From Octopus vulgaris (Eukaryota): 64,000 nt of DNA. A program made the translations under genes and the position numbers. Location of the stretch: contig OX597820.1 of the NCBI GenBank assembly GCA_951406725.2, forward strand, positions 74,090,001-74,154,000, read 5' to 3'. Under the pieces are notes generated by a model that did no database searches, was not told where the DNA came from, and saw only the letters and a list, made by a program, of their open reading frames with translations. Within the stretch, counting starts at the first letter, position 1. The number at the start of each line of letters is the position of its first letter. Below are positions 29,411 to 43,052 of the stretch, piece after piece.

Positions 29411-29997
29411 GAGTGGGATGGGGAAATAAATAAAATTCCTTGAATTCATTTCACCAAATATTAAAAGTTAAATGATGGATTTAATTTGCAGAATGATAAA
29501 TGATAAAAACGAAAAAAAGAACGGGAGAAAAATCAAAAGAAAAAGAAACAAATATAACAAAATTAATAAGTAAGCTATGTTTTGTACTCCCATCCATTGG
29601 CAGACGATAACATACTTCTCCATTTTTTTTTCTTTTTCTGAACGAACGACAAATTTGAGCAACAGTCTATGTTGGCGGTTGAATTGAATGCGGAATACAG
29701 CAAGATTAAGTAACGATAGATAATTGAATAATTTAAATAAATAAACAGTCAAGAAAAAAAAAAGAAAGAAACAAGGAGAAAATGAATATTATGTGTGTGT
29801 GTATGTGTGAAAATGAATGGTCTCGTGAGGGAGACCAAAACCGCAAATAGCATTGAGTAAATAAAGTAAAATTATAAGTCAGCGGTTGTCCGGTGTTGAA
29901 TGTCGATAACCACAGCTTGTGAGATAAACATTTGCATTAACATTCATTCACAATACATACATATATACATTCATACATACATACATACATACATACA

Positions 29998-30031
<34 letters not shown>

Positions 30032-30077
30032 CACATACGTTAACGTACGAACGTATAAATACATATGTGTGTGTATA

Positions 30078-30170
<93 letters not shown>

Positions 30171-30244
30171 CTGCGTACACACACACAAAGACATATATAT
30201 AAATAAATACATGAAAATTATATTAAGAATAAAATTTTAAATAA

Positions 30245-30638
30245 TCTTTTCTACTCTAGGCACAAGGCCCGAAATTTTGGCGGTGGGGCCAGTCGATTAG
30301 ATCGACCCAAACGCTTCACTGGTACTTAATTTATCGATCCCGAAAGGATGAATGGCAAAGTCGACCTCGGCGGAATTTGAACTCAGAACGTAAAGACAGA
30401 CGAAATACCTATTTCTTTACTACCCACAAAAGGCTAAACACGGAGAGGACAAACAAGAACAAACGGATTAAGTCGATTATATAGACCCCAGTGCGTAACT
30501 GGTACTTAATTTATCGACCCCGAAAGGATGAAAGGCAAAGTCGACCTCGGCGGAATTTGAACTCAGGACGTAGCGGCAGACGAAATACGGCTAAGCATTT
30601 CGCCCGGCGTGCTAACATTTCTGCCAGCTCGCCGCCTT
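30245..30638 (-). mobile_element. SINE family B, dimeric
   Basis: Reverse complement of the family B head with a duplicated core. Confidence 0.88.
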
Positions 30639-30879
30639 AAATTAGATTCTAAATAATGCCGTGGTGGAAAGCTTGCGTTACAGCAAATATTCTGTTCAAA
30701 AACCACAGATTCATTTGTCAGTTGTTTGACCCTAACCAGTTGAGCATGTCCCATAGCGATATGTGCATCTCTGCTCATGAACAGGAGTTATGAAGGAGCA
30801 TCTTGGCGTTTCATTCATCAACCTTTATTCAGGAACCGTTTGAGTGAGATGGGATAGTGGACCTGAAGAAAATTCTAAC

Positions 30880-31408
30880 ACTTTCCAACAAGTATGGACT
30901 TGACAGAGCAAAAAATTGGTACGTCCATAAACCCGAAGGCATCATCGAAAATGATAATGCAAAGATCCTGTGGGATTTTATGATACAGTTCGACCATAAG
31001 ATAGAGAATAGCAAGCTAGACATAGTCTTGATCGAGGAAGAAAGCAAAGTATGCTGGATCATAGATATAGCATGCCCAGCTGACAACAAGGTATGCGATA
31101 AGGAAGAAAGAAAGAAGAAAGAAAAGTCAAGGTTAGCTTGTGAGGTTAAGCAGTTGTGGTCTATGATAAAGGTGGTAGTAGTACCAATTATTGTCGGAGC
31201 GCTGGGAACAGTGAGTAAAAATCTTGAGAAGTACATGGAACAAACAGGGGCTGCAATAAGGGTGGAGCACTTGCAGAAAACAGCACTGCTTGGAACCGCT
31301 CGAATACTCCGGATTGTGCTCGAAAAAAAAGGAGTGTTACCTTTGTTTACTGATGGTGAACAGCTGACACCGTAGTACATCTCCAGCGTTAGAAGCTGTG
31401 CAAAGGCA
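30880..31408 (+). mobile_element. 3' end of RLE-type non-LTR retrotransposon (family 1) ending in (AAT)n
   Basis: WYVHKPEGIIENDNAKILWDF...KLDIVL...IIDIACPAD...LQKTALLGTARILR is a restriction-like endonuclease C-terminus. It runs into an (AAT)n tail. Confidence 0.85.
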
Positions 31409-31717
<309 letters not shown>

Positions 31718-31739
31718 GATATAAATGTTACGACAAAAC

Positions 31740-33405
31740 GATCAGCCACCTTTTATATATGGATGACATAAAACTATACGCTACAAATGATAAACAGCTG
31801 GAAACACTACTAAAGACAGTTCATGGATTCACCAAAGAAATAAATATGAAATTTGGATTAGAAAAATGCGCCAAAGTAACCCTGAAAAGAGGAAAACTAG
31901 TTAAGAGTAGCAACATCACACTAGATAAAGCCAATGAAATAAGAGAATTAGACCAAAACCAAACTTACAAATATTTAGGAATCCATGAACTAGATAAGAC
32001 ACAACACACACAGATGAAAGAGAAAATAAAGAAAGAATACTATAGACGAGTTAGATCAATACTAAAAACAGAGTTCAATGCTAAAAACAAGATATTAGGT
32101 ATTAACACTTTAGCCGTCCCAGTTATAAGTTACAGCTACAATATCCTTAACTAAACGCTAAATGAACTAACCAAAATAGATAGGAAAACAAGAAAAATAA
32201 TGACAGGATCTAGGATGCATCACCCAAAATCTGACATAGAAAGGCTATATATACAACGTATAGAAGGTGGTAGAGGCCTTATAAAGCTGGAAAACTACTA
32301 TAAAATAACCACCATAGGACTGCAAAAAATACCTACTTCAGAAGCAAGGAAAACTGATACAAATAGCGGCAAAACACGAGCAAAACAAAAAATTGTTCTC
32401 AGTATTTAAGGAAGCTGACAAATTCAAACAAGAAATCATACCACCTAACAAATATGAAGAAGAAGAAGAAAACACAACAAAAGCAATAAAGCAAATGAAA
32501 TCAAAACTAAAACTTGAACAGCAACGGACCATGATAAAACGATGGCAAGAAAAGCCCCTTCATGGCAAATACTGGACTAAACTAAATGCAAAAGAAATAG
32601 ACAAAGAAAAATCCCAGCAATGGTTGAGAAGCTCAGGACTCAAAGCAGAGACAGGGGGATTTTTAATTGCAGCACAAGACCAAAGCCTCCCCACCAGAAA
32701 TTACCAATAAGATGTAATGAAAATAAATATAACAAATAACTGCAGAATATGTGGAGAAGGACAAGAAACAATAGATCATATTATCTCTGGCTGCCCAGTC
32801 CTGGCTAAGAAGGAATATATTCACAGACATGACAGAGTTGGGAACTACATACACTGGAAGCTATGCCAACATTATGGAATAACAACAGAAAAAAGATGGC
32901 ATAGGCACACACCAGAAAAGGTCACAGAAAACGAGAATGCAACCATACTCTGGGATATGCCAATACACACAGATAGAGAAATTAAGGCCAAAAGACCAGA
33001 TATAGTTGTCAGAGATCATGAAGAAAAAAAATGCTTTCTAATTGATGTATCAATACCAGCAGATGATAACGTGTCTCTAAAAGAAATGGAGAAACTTTTA
33101 AAATACAAAGACCTGGAAATAGAGGTAACTAGAATGTGGAATCTAAAAACAGAAACAATTCCTATCATTCCTATCATTAGGCATGATAAAAAATATTCAG
33201 ACAAATACATAACAAAAACACCAGGACTTACAAACACATATAACATACAGAAAATTGCACTACTAGACACTGCACACATCCTACGCAGAACACTTTCAAT
33301 ACAGTAACCATCAGAGCATCACAACAAATCACAGCACATACCCAAGGCACACAGAGCTGCGCTCGGTAGTGAAGTGAAAGCACGTTATAAAATTAAAACT
33401 ACTGA
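31740..33405 (+). mobile_element. 5'-truncated R4/Dong-like LINE (RT C-terminus, CCHC, RLE), pseudogenised
   Basis: SHLLYMDDIKLY (RT), YKYLG, GGRGL, CRICG...HIISGC, RHD and RPDIVV...IDVS. Carries in-frame stops and frameshifts, and is flanked by (AAT)n. Confidence 0.9.
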
Positions 33406-33554
33406 ATGATAATAATAATAATTCATTCTTTTATTGGACACAAGGGCTCACATAAAATCACATTAAAAGACATACAACAACATAAAAGACAATATGGACG
33501 ATACAATGGGTTTTACGTGTAAACAATATAAATATCAATTAAAATTAAATTAAG

Positions 33555-35516
33555 ACTCCCAATAGAGGAGGCGAACAACAGAGTAAGAGCCCTTCTCCTT
33601 TTTTTATAGGTGAACGCTCAGAATTGGTCCTTTCACACTGGCCGTTCTTCCACCTTGCTACAAGACAACACTTCCTCTCCACTCTCAACTTCCTTTTCAA
33701 GTGAAACATGAAATAGTTGATGAGGGCTTGGCCAAAGAGGAAAGTGCCTGTCTTTAACCCTTTCAAACGGGTTCACCATAATACCTCTTTCGCTAATAAT
33801 AATAATGATAATCTTTTTATTGGTCAACAGGACCGAAAACAAAACAAAAAAAGAAATACAAAAGCAAAAGAGCAAGCAGGCCCTACACAAAAACATGTGT
33901 TAACAATAAAACAACAACAACAACAATTAACAACAAAATTTAAAGAATAAAATTCCTCATAGGGAGAGCAGTTTCACTCAGGGGCAACCAAGGAACCCCG
34001 ACAAATCTTGGTCACCCCGATCTCGAAGCGCATCCTAGGCAGACACCTCCCTCCTCTTTATCTCCTTTGGCTTATAGGCACATGGTCAAAGTTGGCCAAT
34101 TTACACGGGCCATCCACATCGGGTTGATCCATCTTTCGACAAAAATACTGAGGGCAGGGGAAGCACTTCCTTCTCCACTCACCCTTTTCTTTTCAAGTGG
34201 AATTTGAAAAATTCGATGAGGCCTTGGTCAAAGTGGACGATCTCTGTCTCAGTCCTTTCAACTTCGACCACCACACTTCTTCTTTCGTCACCAAACAGAG
34301 AATCCCTGTCTACCCTTCTCGGACAAAAGGCTGAGAGGTGTTCTTCATGGTGGACTCAGCCAATAACCGGATCCGCTTGAGACGTAACAACAGCTGTTCG
34401 ACAAAGTTCCACTTGTCAGCAACATCCGGGTACTGGACATGTGCATGCGAAACGGTTTCATCACTCAGCGTACATCTCGAACAAGTTCGTCTGACAGCAC
34501 TTTCGTGCCTGTAGAGCTTACCTCGAATCGGCAGAACATCCTTGTAGCACTGCCAAGTCAGGGATTTCTGGGAATTATATCTCGGCCCCGGCCCAAAAGT
34601 GCCCCGGAAAGACCAGCTAATTGATCTCTCCCAACGTCCAGAGTTTCCCAAGGACGTTGTCACTGTTGCTCGCCAATCCTTTATAGAACTCCAACGTGGG
34701 ACTTCCACTGTCCGACATTGTCCGACAAGCAGAGGGTTTCGAGCGTTTGCCGACACTCCAGGTGGCAAGCGCACTTTCTCGATCTACACTTGATCCAGTG
34801 ACTCAGTCAATATGATGAGCTGTGGAAAATCCCGTCTGATATTCAGCTGCCACATCTACCCATCTTCAAGGAAACGCTAGAGATGTCACAGCTTCACAGC
34901 ATGTCAACACGTCATTAGCCATGGTATGTCCAGTCCTCCGCTTAGCGACTACTGACAGCAAATAGACCGTCTGACGAGTGGTAACAGTCCTTTCCACAGA
35001 AAGCAGAAGAGCAAGCGCATTACGACACTGTCGGTTGGCATGGATCTACATCTTCAGGTTTCGAGCTGCAGGCTCACTGACTTCTGGTTAATCTTTGCGC
35101 CTTTCACCGCTTCGTACTCCTTTAGGGTGGCGCCGATCCACTCCATTTCCGAGATATCCGTCACCTTCCGCATCCTAGTTCATGCGGGATGCCTCACAAA
35201 ACATGCAGCTTCCGTAGCAATAACACAAGAGCCAGCGCCTACAGAGGGGTGAGAGTGGGCATACTTGACGGACTGAAGGTGTGATGCTAAACGATTCTGA
35301 TAAGCGGTCATTTACTTTGACCTTCGAACAGATGTCGCTGTACGTCGCAGCAATCCAGCTTCTGAAAACAGGACCGAAACTAACACCGTAAGGACAGCCT
35401 CCAAGTTTGTCGACCCTATCAAAAACTTTCGGTTAATCCAAATTGATCAAGGCGCCATCCTTGCCAGGTTCCTTACCTACGCTCTTTATGAAGTAAAGCA
35501 TGTGGTGCAGATTGTA
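33555..35516 (-). mobile_element. Decayed L1/Tx1-like LINE
   Basis: Minus-strand fragments INLD*PKVFDRVD and VRQVCPLSP (RT motifs), and zf-RVT-like WQCYKDVLPIR...CSRC...ETVSH. A related fragment lies at ~63750-63900 (+). Confidence 0.75.
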
Positions 35517-35930
35517 GTTTCTGACAATTTCGAAAACGCGAAATCATGTAACGTGAGATAGTCGTAACGTGGAGAATGCCTGGATACTTTCACAACTGTA
35601 GGAAATATCAAAGGATGTCATACATATAAGAATTATAACTGACCATGGTTTAAACAACAACAACAACAACACCAACAACAACAATTAGCAAAAACACTAT
35701 GGGAGCTGGCGGTGACCTATGCTGTCTGGCTGATGCCTTGAACACAATCTAATAATAACAGTGATTCCATCTTAAAGGCTTTTAGTCGAAGAAATCGACT
35801 CCAGGACTTATTCTTCGCAAGCTTAGTAATTATTCTATCGGTATCTTTCGCCGAACCGCTAAGTTACGAGGAAGTAAGCACACCAACATCGGTTGTCAAG
35901 TGATGGTGGAGGGGACAAGCACAGACACAA

Positions 35931-36003
<73 letters not shown>

Positions 36004-36234
36004 CACAACAATACGATGGGCTTCTTTCTGTTTCCGTCTACCAAATCCACTCACTGCGTATCTTGCAGAGCTCCACTGAATTACTACAAGTTATTAAATT
36101 TACTCAGCGATATACTAATTCTAGTATATGTAATATAGAAGTACGATGGATGGATACTCGTATCATATATTTATGCAGATTAAATGAAGATGGACTTTGC
36201 GAAAGTGTAAAATCAACCTTTCGAACAAAGGTAC

Positions 36235-36613
36235 AAGCAATGAAATTTGATGGGAGAGAACTGGTCGATTACATCGACCCCAACGCTTCACTGGTACTTA
36301 ATTTATCGACCCCGAAAGGATGAAAGGCAAAGTCGACCTCGGCGGAATTTGAACTCAGAACATAACGGCAGAGAAAAATACCTATTTCTTTACTATCCAC
36401 AAGGGCTAAACACAGAGGGGACAAACAAGGACAAACAGACGGATTAAGTCGATTATATCGACATCAGTGCGTAACTGGTACCTATTTAATCGACCCCGAA
36501 AGGATGAAAGGCAAAGTCGACCTCGGCGGAATTTGAGCTCAGAACGTAGCGGCAGACGAAATACTGCTAAGTATATCGCCCGGTGTGCTAACGATTCTAC
36601 CAGTTCGCCGCCT
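36235..36613 (-). mobile_element. SINE family B, dimeric
   Basis: Same structure as 30245-30638. Confidence 0.85.
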
Positions 36614-37119
36614 TTAAAATAGGGAGAAAAATTTGCATATGTCAAGTTGAAACCAGAGTTATTTCCCTTTAAAAATGAACGAAAATGTAAGGGAGAGAAC
36701 TTTTGTTGTAATCCAAAATGACTTATTCGCTGTTTTTTGATTTTCAGATGTGCTTAACATTTAATCCAGCAGATCTCATTCCCTTAACTATTGTGATCGA
36801 TTTCAATCAATAATTCGATGCGAGTGTCTTTTCCATTTCTGTAATATTCAAATCGAAGATAATTTTCTCCAAAATTTACATTTGGAATTTTTGATTTTGA
36901 AATTTTACAAAATATTTCTCGTTTACGCAGTAAAGCCCTTCAGCTTTTAACTTTTAACTTTTGTCTCATTGGTCCATGCTGGGGCACCGCCTTGGCGGGA
37001 TTTAATCAAACAAGTCGACCGCAGTATATTTGTTTTTCTGAGGTATCGTTTTCTTTTACCGAATCGCAATTCAAAGCCGATTGTCGAGCGCTGGAGGTGA
37101 TGGTGAACAAAAACACGTA

Positions 37120-37599
37120 CATATACACATACATGCATACACACACACACACACACACACACATACATAATACATACATACATAATACATACACGCATAC
37201 ATACATACAATACATACATACATACATACACACATACACGCATGCATACATACATATAATACATACACACATACACGCATACATAAATACAATACATACA
37301 TACATACAATACATAGATACAATACATACATACACACATACACGCATACATACATACATACATGCAATACATGCAATACATACATACATACATACATACA
37401 TACATACATACATACATACATACACACATACACGCATACATACATACAATACAATACATACATACATACATACATACATACATACATACATACATACATA
37501 CATACACGCATACATACATACAATACATACATAAATACATACATACAAGCATGCATACATACATACATAGATACATACACACATACATACATACATACA

Positions 37600-37633
<34 letters not shown>

Positions 37634-37658
37634 CATACATACATACAATACATACATA
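37120..37658. repeat. (ACAT)n compound microsatellite
   Basis: Direct inspection. Confidence 0.95.
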
Positions 37659-37799
37659 AAAGTGAAGTGAGCAACATCGTACGAGTTGGTAGTGAGTTCC
37701 TCAAAAAGCACTCTCTCTCTGATGATCTTCTATAATCCCCATAATAGCTGGGCTCTCTTACCACAGACATGGATAGAAAGCACAGAACATACACAAAAT

Positions 37800-38500
37800 T
37801 TTTTTTAAATGACTATGCATGGATATGTTGCTCGGAAGGTTGAAGAAGACGGTAGAATTGACACGAAGCCCAGCCTCTCTTGGTCACAAGACCACTGCAT
37901 CACATTACACTTTGAGGGCTATGCATTTGCAATCTAGGAACAGGAGATTGCTAAAAAGTACCTGGTGAACAAGAGAGACAGCGACGCTCTTGTAATCACA
38001 AGGTGCAACTGCATGTGTAGGCTATTTCATGATTCTGTGGAAGACATCACGAATGTGATTAGCAGCTGTCTTAAAATGTAGTCACGGTACTACCTCCCAA
38101 TACGGCATGATGTTGTTGCTAAAATAATTTGCTATGCCATCCGCAAAAAAAGAATGTCCTGAAATAAACTTAGAAAATCCCTCTGTTATGGGATACATTC
38201 ATAAACACTAACTCAAGGAATACTGGTGAGTATTGCCATCAAAGCTTCTATCAAATGTAAGCATAACAGGCCGGATATTGTTGTTTGGGACAGTGGGACA
38301 AAGGTATGTACCATCATGGAGGTCAGCTGCCCTGCAGATATAAATATCCCTTTGAAAAAAAAAAAAAAGACCATATCTATGGACAACTGCTTCGAAACCT
38401 CCAGCTTCTATATTCAGACTATGAATTCATATTCATACCAATAATAATTGGAGCACTAAATTTTGTTCGTAAATCCTTAAAGGGAAATCTGGATAAACTG
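37800..38500 (+). mobile_element. Decayed RLE-type LINE 3' fragment (third family)
   Basis: Fragments EGYAFAI*EQEI, CRLFHDSVEDITNVISSC, RHDVVAK, KHNRPDIVVWD, EVSCPAD and IPIIIGAL. Confidence 0.8.
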
Positions 38501-38672
38501 AAAGAACATGCCTCGTGTTTAAATGTTATAATTTTTGCAAAATTTTGAATGAAAATCGGCAATTTATTTACTGCCGGAAAATCCGCGCGTGCTCGGAGGA
38601 TTTAGAAAAATTATAACATATAAACATGAGGCATGTTCTTTATCGCCTCGTGTCTATATGTGAGCCTTGGCA

Positions 38673-38758
38673 TCCTGCTGAAGAGGCAACGCCAGTTGTA
38701 AATTAAAATTATTTTATTTTATTTACATAAGATTGCCGAGACTATGCATAGTCCAGGA
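38673..38758 (+). ncRNA. Type I hammerhead motif
   Basis: TCCTG-CTGAAGA-GGCAA...TTGCC-GAGA-CTATGCATAG-TC-CAGGA. One core substitution (GAGA for GAAA), 12-nt palindromic stem III, GUC site. Confidence 0.78.
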
Positions 38759-39002
38759 AAGATTGGGTAAATGTTTTTTTTTTCATTCCCTTTCAGAATT
38801 GCAACCATTAGTGGCTTGGAGTTTTAACTGCTCTTTCTAGTGAGTCAGATGTCCTATTATGGTCATCTCTTATGTGTTTAAGTGTGCCCTGTATTTTTCT
38901 ATGAATAATATATAGTCTATTGACTAATTTTTTCCTTCTCGCTAGACCACTGGTAGCAAATAATTTTTCTATAAATTTTTTTTTTGCTACCCTAAGATTT
39001 AA

Positions 39003-39118
<116 letters not shown>

Positions 39119-39499
39119 CGACGGGTTTCTTCCAGTTTCCGTCTACTAAATCCACTCACAAGGCTTTCGTTGGTCCGAGGCTATAGTAGAAGACACTTGT
39201 CCAAGGTGCCACGTAGTAGGATTGAACCCTAGACCATATGGTTGGGAAGCAAGCTTCTTACCACACAGCCACACCTGCGCGTAAAATATTTAAATAAATT
39301 CAATCGAGCTTGACAGTGGACCTTTAAGTAGTCGTTAGATATGCTAGAAATAGCAGACACATCACCTTTAAGCAACAATGGTAAAAATAAAACGATGTGA
39401 AAGTACATAAGATAATGTTGCCACATGTATCTCTAACTCAGTGGAATGGTCACGGCTAGAATAGCTTTGATCTTAATTTTGTTCGTTAAACGTCATCGT

Positions 39500-39582
39500 C
39501 AGCAGCATTATCATTGTCGTTGTCGTCTGTCATCATTAACACGATCGTCGTCATCGATGTCATTATCATCATGATCATCAGC

Positions 39583-39627
<45 letters not shown>

Positions 39628-39908
39628 TTCATCTTCATCATCGTCATCGTCGACGTCGTCGTCATCATCATCATCATTGTCGTATCGTGATCATCATCTG
39701 CATCATCATCACCGTCTTCACTATTACTATCCCCCTTCACCTCCTCCTCCCTTCATCATCATTACCACAACCACCATCGTCATCATCATCATCACATGCA
39801 TCATCATCAGCAGTAGCAACATCACCATCATCAACGTCATCGTCACCGTCATCATCATCATCATCATCGTCATCATCGTCATCATCATCACCACCACCAC
39901 CACCATTG

Positions 39909-39950
<42 letters not shown>

Positions 39951-40170
39951 CATTCATCATCATCCCCACTTCCACCTCCACTACCATCATCATCATCATC
40001 ATCATCGTCATAATCATAATCATTGTCATCATCATCATCATCATCATCATCATCGTCACCTACGTCATCATCATCGTCATCGTTGTCATCATCATCGTCG
40101 TCGTCATTGTCATCATCATCTTCGTCGCCGTCGTCTCGTCGTTGTCATCGTTTATCGTCGTCATCATGTA
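39500..40170. repeat. (CAT)n/(CGT)n degenerate trinucleotide array
   Basis: Direct inspection. A similar array lies at 42090-42322. Confidence 0.93.
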
Positions 40171-41040
40171 ATCCTTATTTCAATTCCTTCACTAATCACT
40201 TCACCCAATCCTTCCCCAAACGTTATCCCTCTGGAATTCCCTCCATGCTAATATGACTCCTTTGAATGTGTCTACGAATAGTTTAAGAAAAACTGATGGA
40301 ATCAGTCTCTCTTGTCTAAAACCTGTTGCTCTCGTCTTGTTGTTATTGTTGTTGTTGTTGGTAGTGGTGGTAGTAGTGGTGGCGGCGGCGGCGGAGGCGG
40401 TGGTTTTTGTTGTCGATGATAATGATGTTTACCAAGAAGACCTATGACCCAAGGCGTTTCAGATGTGATCATCCCTTCTTTTTTTATTTAAAATTCTTTT
40501 ATTTTTTATTTAAAATTCTTTTTCCTTTTTTTTTTTATACAAAACTACCTAATCCATTTTTTTTTCAAAAGTCGATTGAAGAAAAGATGTTTAGAGCTGT
40601 AACCATAGCAACTAAATTTCAGCCCCACCTCTCTTACCGCACGCCATAATTTAATTTAAATTTTAGTCAATTAAAATTTTGGGCAGTATTTTTTTTCTTT
40701 GCTTGTTAGCGCTTCTGAGAGAAATTTTCATAAAAGCTAATGAATTTTCTTCTCAACTCAGTAATAATTTCAAAAGAGACAAAATTGATGCCCAAAGCAA
40801 GCGAGCATCTACTGCATTCGGGCGTCTTCAAAGCTGGCTTCGGCTCAGGTCAGAGATCCATATCTGCCTCAATACTAAATGTAGATCTCTGATCGAGATA
40901 TCTTCCACCTCGAAGAAGACACAAGTCCGTTACAGGTTTCATTTGCAGTTTTAGTTGGGGTCTTCTTTTCATTTAAGTGGATTGTGATAGATCGTTAGCC
41001 ACTACACACATTTTTTTCTCTCCTTGTTTTTTCTGTGTCC

Positions 41041-41076
41041 CTTTCTGTAGAAGAGCGTAGGCTCGAAACGTAAAAG
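41041..41076 (+). ncRNA. Minimal hammerhead-like motif (variant core)
   Basis: CTTT-CTGTAGA-A-GAGC-gtag-GCTC-GAAA-CG-TA-AAAG, within a short element ending at TATATA (~41172). Confidence 0.5.
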
Positions 41077-41197
41077 ACTTTTTCTATTCCTGAGCGTTAT
41101 ACTAATACATCTGTTTGTTTTGTACACCACCTGTCTTCGTCTTTTGTTTTTTTCGTAAACTCTCCCTATATATGAAAGAAAGCGATTTGCTCAGGAA

Positions 41198-41337
41198 TAC
41201 GAGGGGTGTATGAAAGACCTTTGACCTTCAAGGCCTTTGAGCCTTGAAGTCTTGTACCTTCATCAGAAGTCTTGTACCATGTTCTGTTTTTTTTTTTTTT
41301 TTTTTTGAGGCTCAAGACTTTTCATATACCCCTCATA
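41198..41337. mobile_element. Mariner-type MITE
   Basis: TA-CGAGGGGTGTATGAAAGAC...GACTTTTCATATACCCCTCA-TA imperfect TIRs with TA TSD. Confidence 0.75.
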
Positions 41338-42621
41338 CAACGCAACGCTGGTCTGAGAATCGAGCACTGTAGCGAGTGCTCATTTGCACCATTCTGATGT
41401 CTGCTAGACGTGGCAAATAAGCGGAGTGCACTTACGCAAACTGGACTTTGCCGTTGTTGTCTGGTTGATTCCTCTCTCTATATCTTGCTCAAAAAACAGC
41501 CCCGGTGGTTTCACCTTGCAGTCAGTCATCTAAGGGACAAGTTCATATGCAATGCACCCGCACCAGCACCCGGTTCTGTTTAAACAGTAAAACTAGGCAA
41601 CGGAAAATGTCGATTACTGCGATCAAATTGGAGCTTGGATCGATATCTCGTACGTTCGTTTATCTTGCCTGTCAGTGGAATTGTGACTAACTGACAATCA
41701 CTGATTTAAACAGATATGATAGCAGGGCGTGGTCAGCTTCGATTCTTGATTCTTTAAATTCACTGGCTGGAGCCGGCTCAGCTCATCCAATCTGAATCCC
41801 TTCGAAAGTACAAATAGATATAATTAAGCCACTTAATTGATACACCAAATTAAGTATAGTTGTCTACACTCAGCTGTAAGTTCTTCATCCTGGGAAAAGA
41901 TTCAACACTGAACTCAACAAATTAGGTTTTCTGCCAACGTCATAACGGGTAGGCGAAATTTATCTGTTAGGGGAGAAGGTTGCACCTGTTTGGGGAAGCC
42001 CATCATTAAGCTATGCTTCGGTGAGGAGGACTAATAGAACCTAATTATTGACCAGAATTGCCACTGTGGGTGTCAACATCTGATGCCCTCATCATCATCA
42101 TCATCATCATTGTCACTATCACCACCACCATCACCACCATCATCGTCATCATCATCATCGTCGTTGTCATCGTCATTGGCGCCATCATCATTATCATCGT
42201 CATCGTCATCATTATCATCATCATCACCACTATCACAATTATTGTCTCGTTGTCGTCATCGTTATTATCATTATCGTCGACGACGACAACAACAACCACA
42301 ACAACAACAACAGCAACAACAATCCCTAAACATTACTGTTTCGAGTCCCGGAACACACAGGACTTGTTTCCCCGATTTCCATGACTTCAATAGTGACCGA
42401 GATCACAAGATTTCCTTTGAAACGAAAGCCGAGCCGTGTCAGGGGGACGCATTTAAGCTGAGTCTACAGGAGCAATGCGAAATAAAATGTTTTGCTCAAG
42501 GACATAATGCACCACCCGATGCGGGAATGGAACCCACAATCTTGCGATCGTGAGTACAAATATTCTAACTGCCAGGCATCGCGTTCCATACCCGCAGTAT
42601 AATTAAATTTGATATTTGACT

Positions 42622-43052
42622 AAGGCGGCGAGCTGGCAGAAACGTTAGCACGACGGGCGAAATGCCTAGCGGTATTTAGTCTTTTTCACGTTCTGAGTTC
42701 AAATTACGCTGAGGTCGACTTTGCCTTTTATCCTTTCGGGGTCGGTAAATTAAGTACCAGTTACGCACTGGGGTCGATGTAATCGACTTAATCCATTTGT
42801 CTGTCCTTGTTTGTCCCCTCTATGTTTAGCCCCTTGTGGGCAATAAAGAAATAAGAAACGTTAGCACACCGGGCGAAATGCTTAGCGGTATTTCGTCTGC
42901 TGTTACGTACTGAGTTCAAATTCCACCGAGGTCGACTTTGCCTTTTATCCTTTCGGGGTCGATAAATTAAGCACTAGTTGCATACTGGGGTCGATGTAAT
43001 CAACTGGCCTCCTCCCCCAAAATTTCGGGCCGTGTGCCTAGAATAGAAAAGA
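42622..43052 (+). mobile_element. SINE family B, dimeric
   Basis: Family B head plus duplicated core. Confidence 0.87.

Noticed and set aside
39486-40256. Poly-Ser/Met/Ile ORFs
   Set aside because: Degenerate (CAT)n array without splice or domain support.
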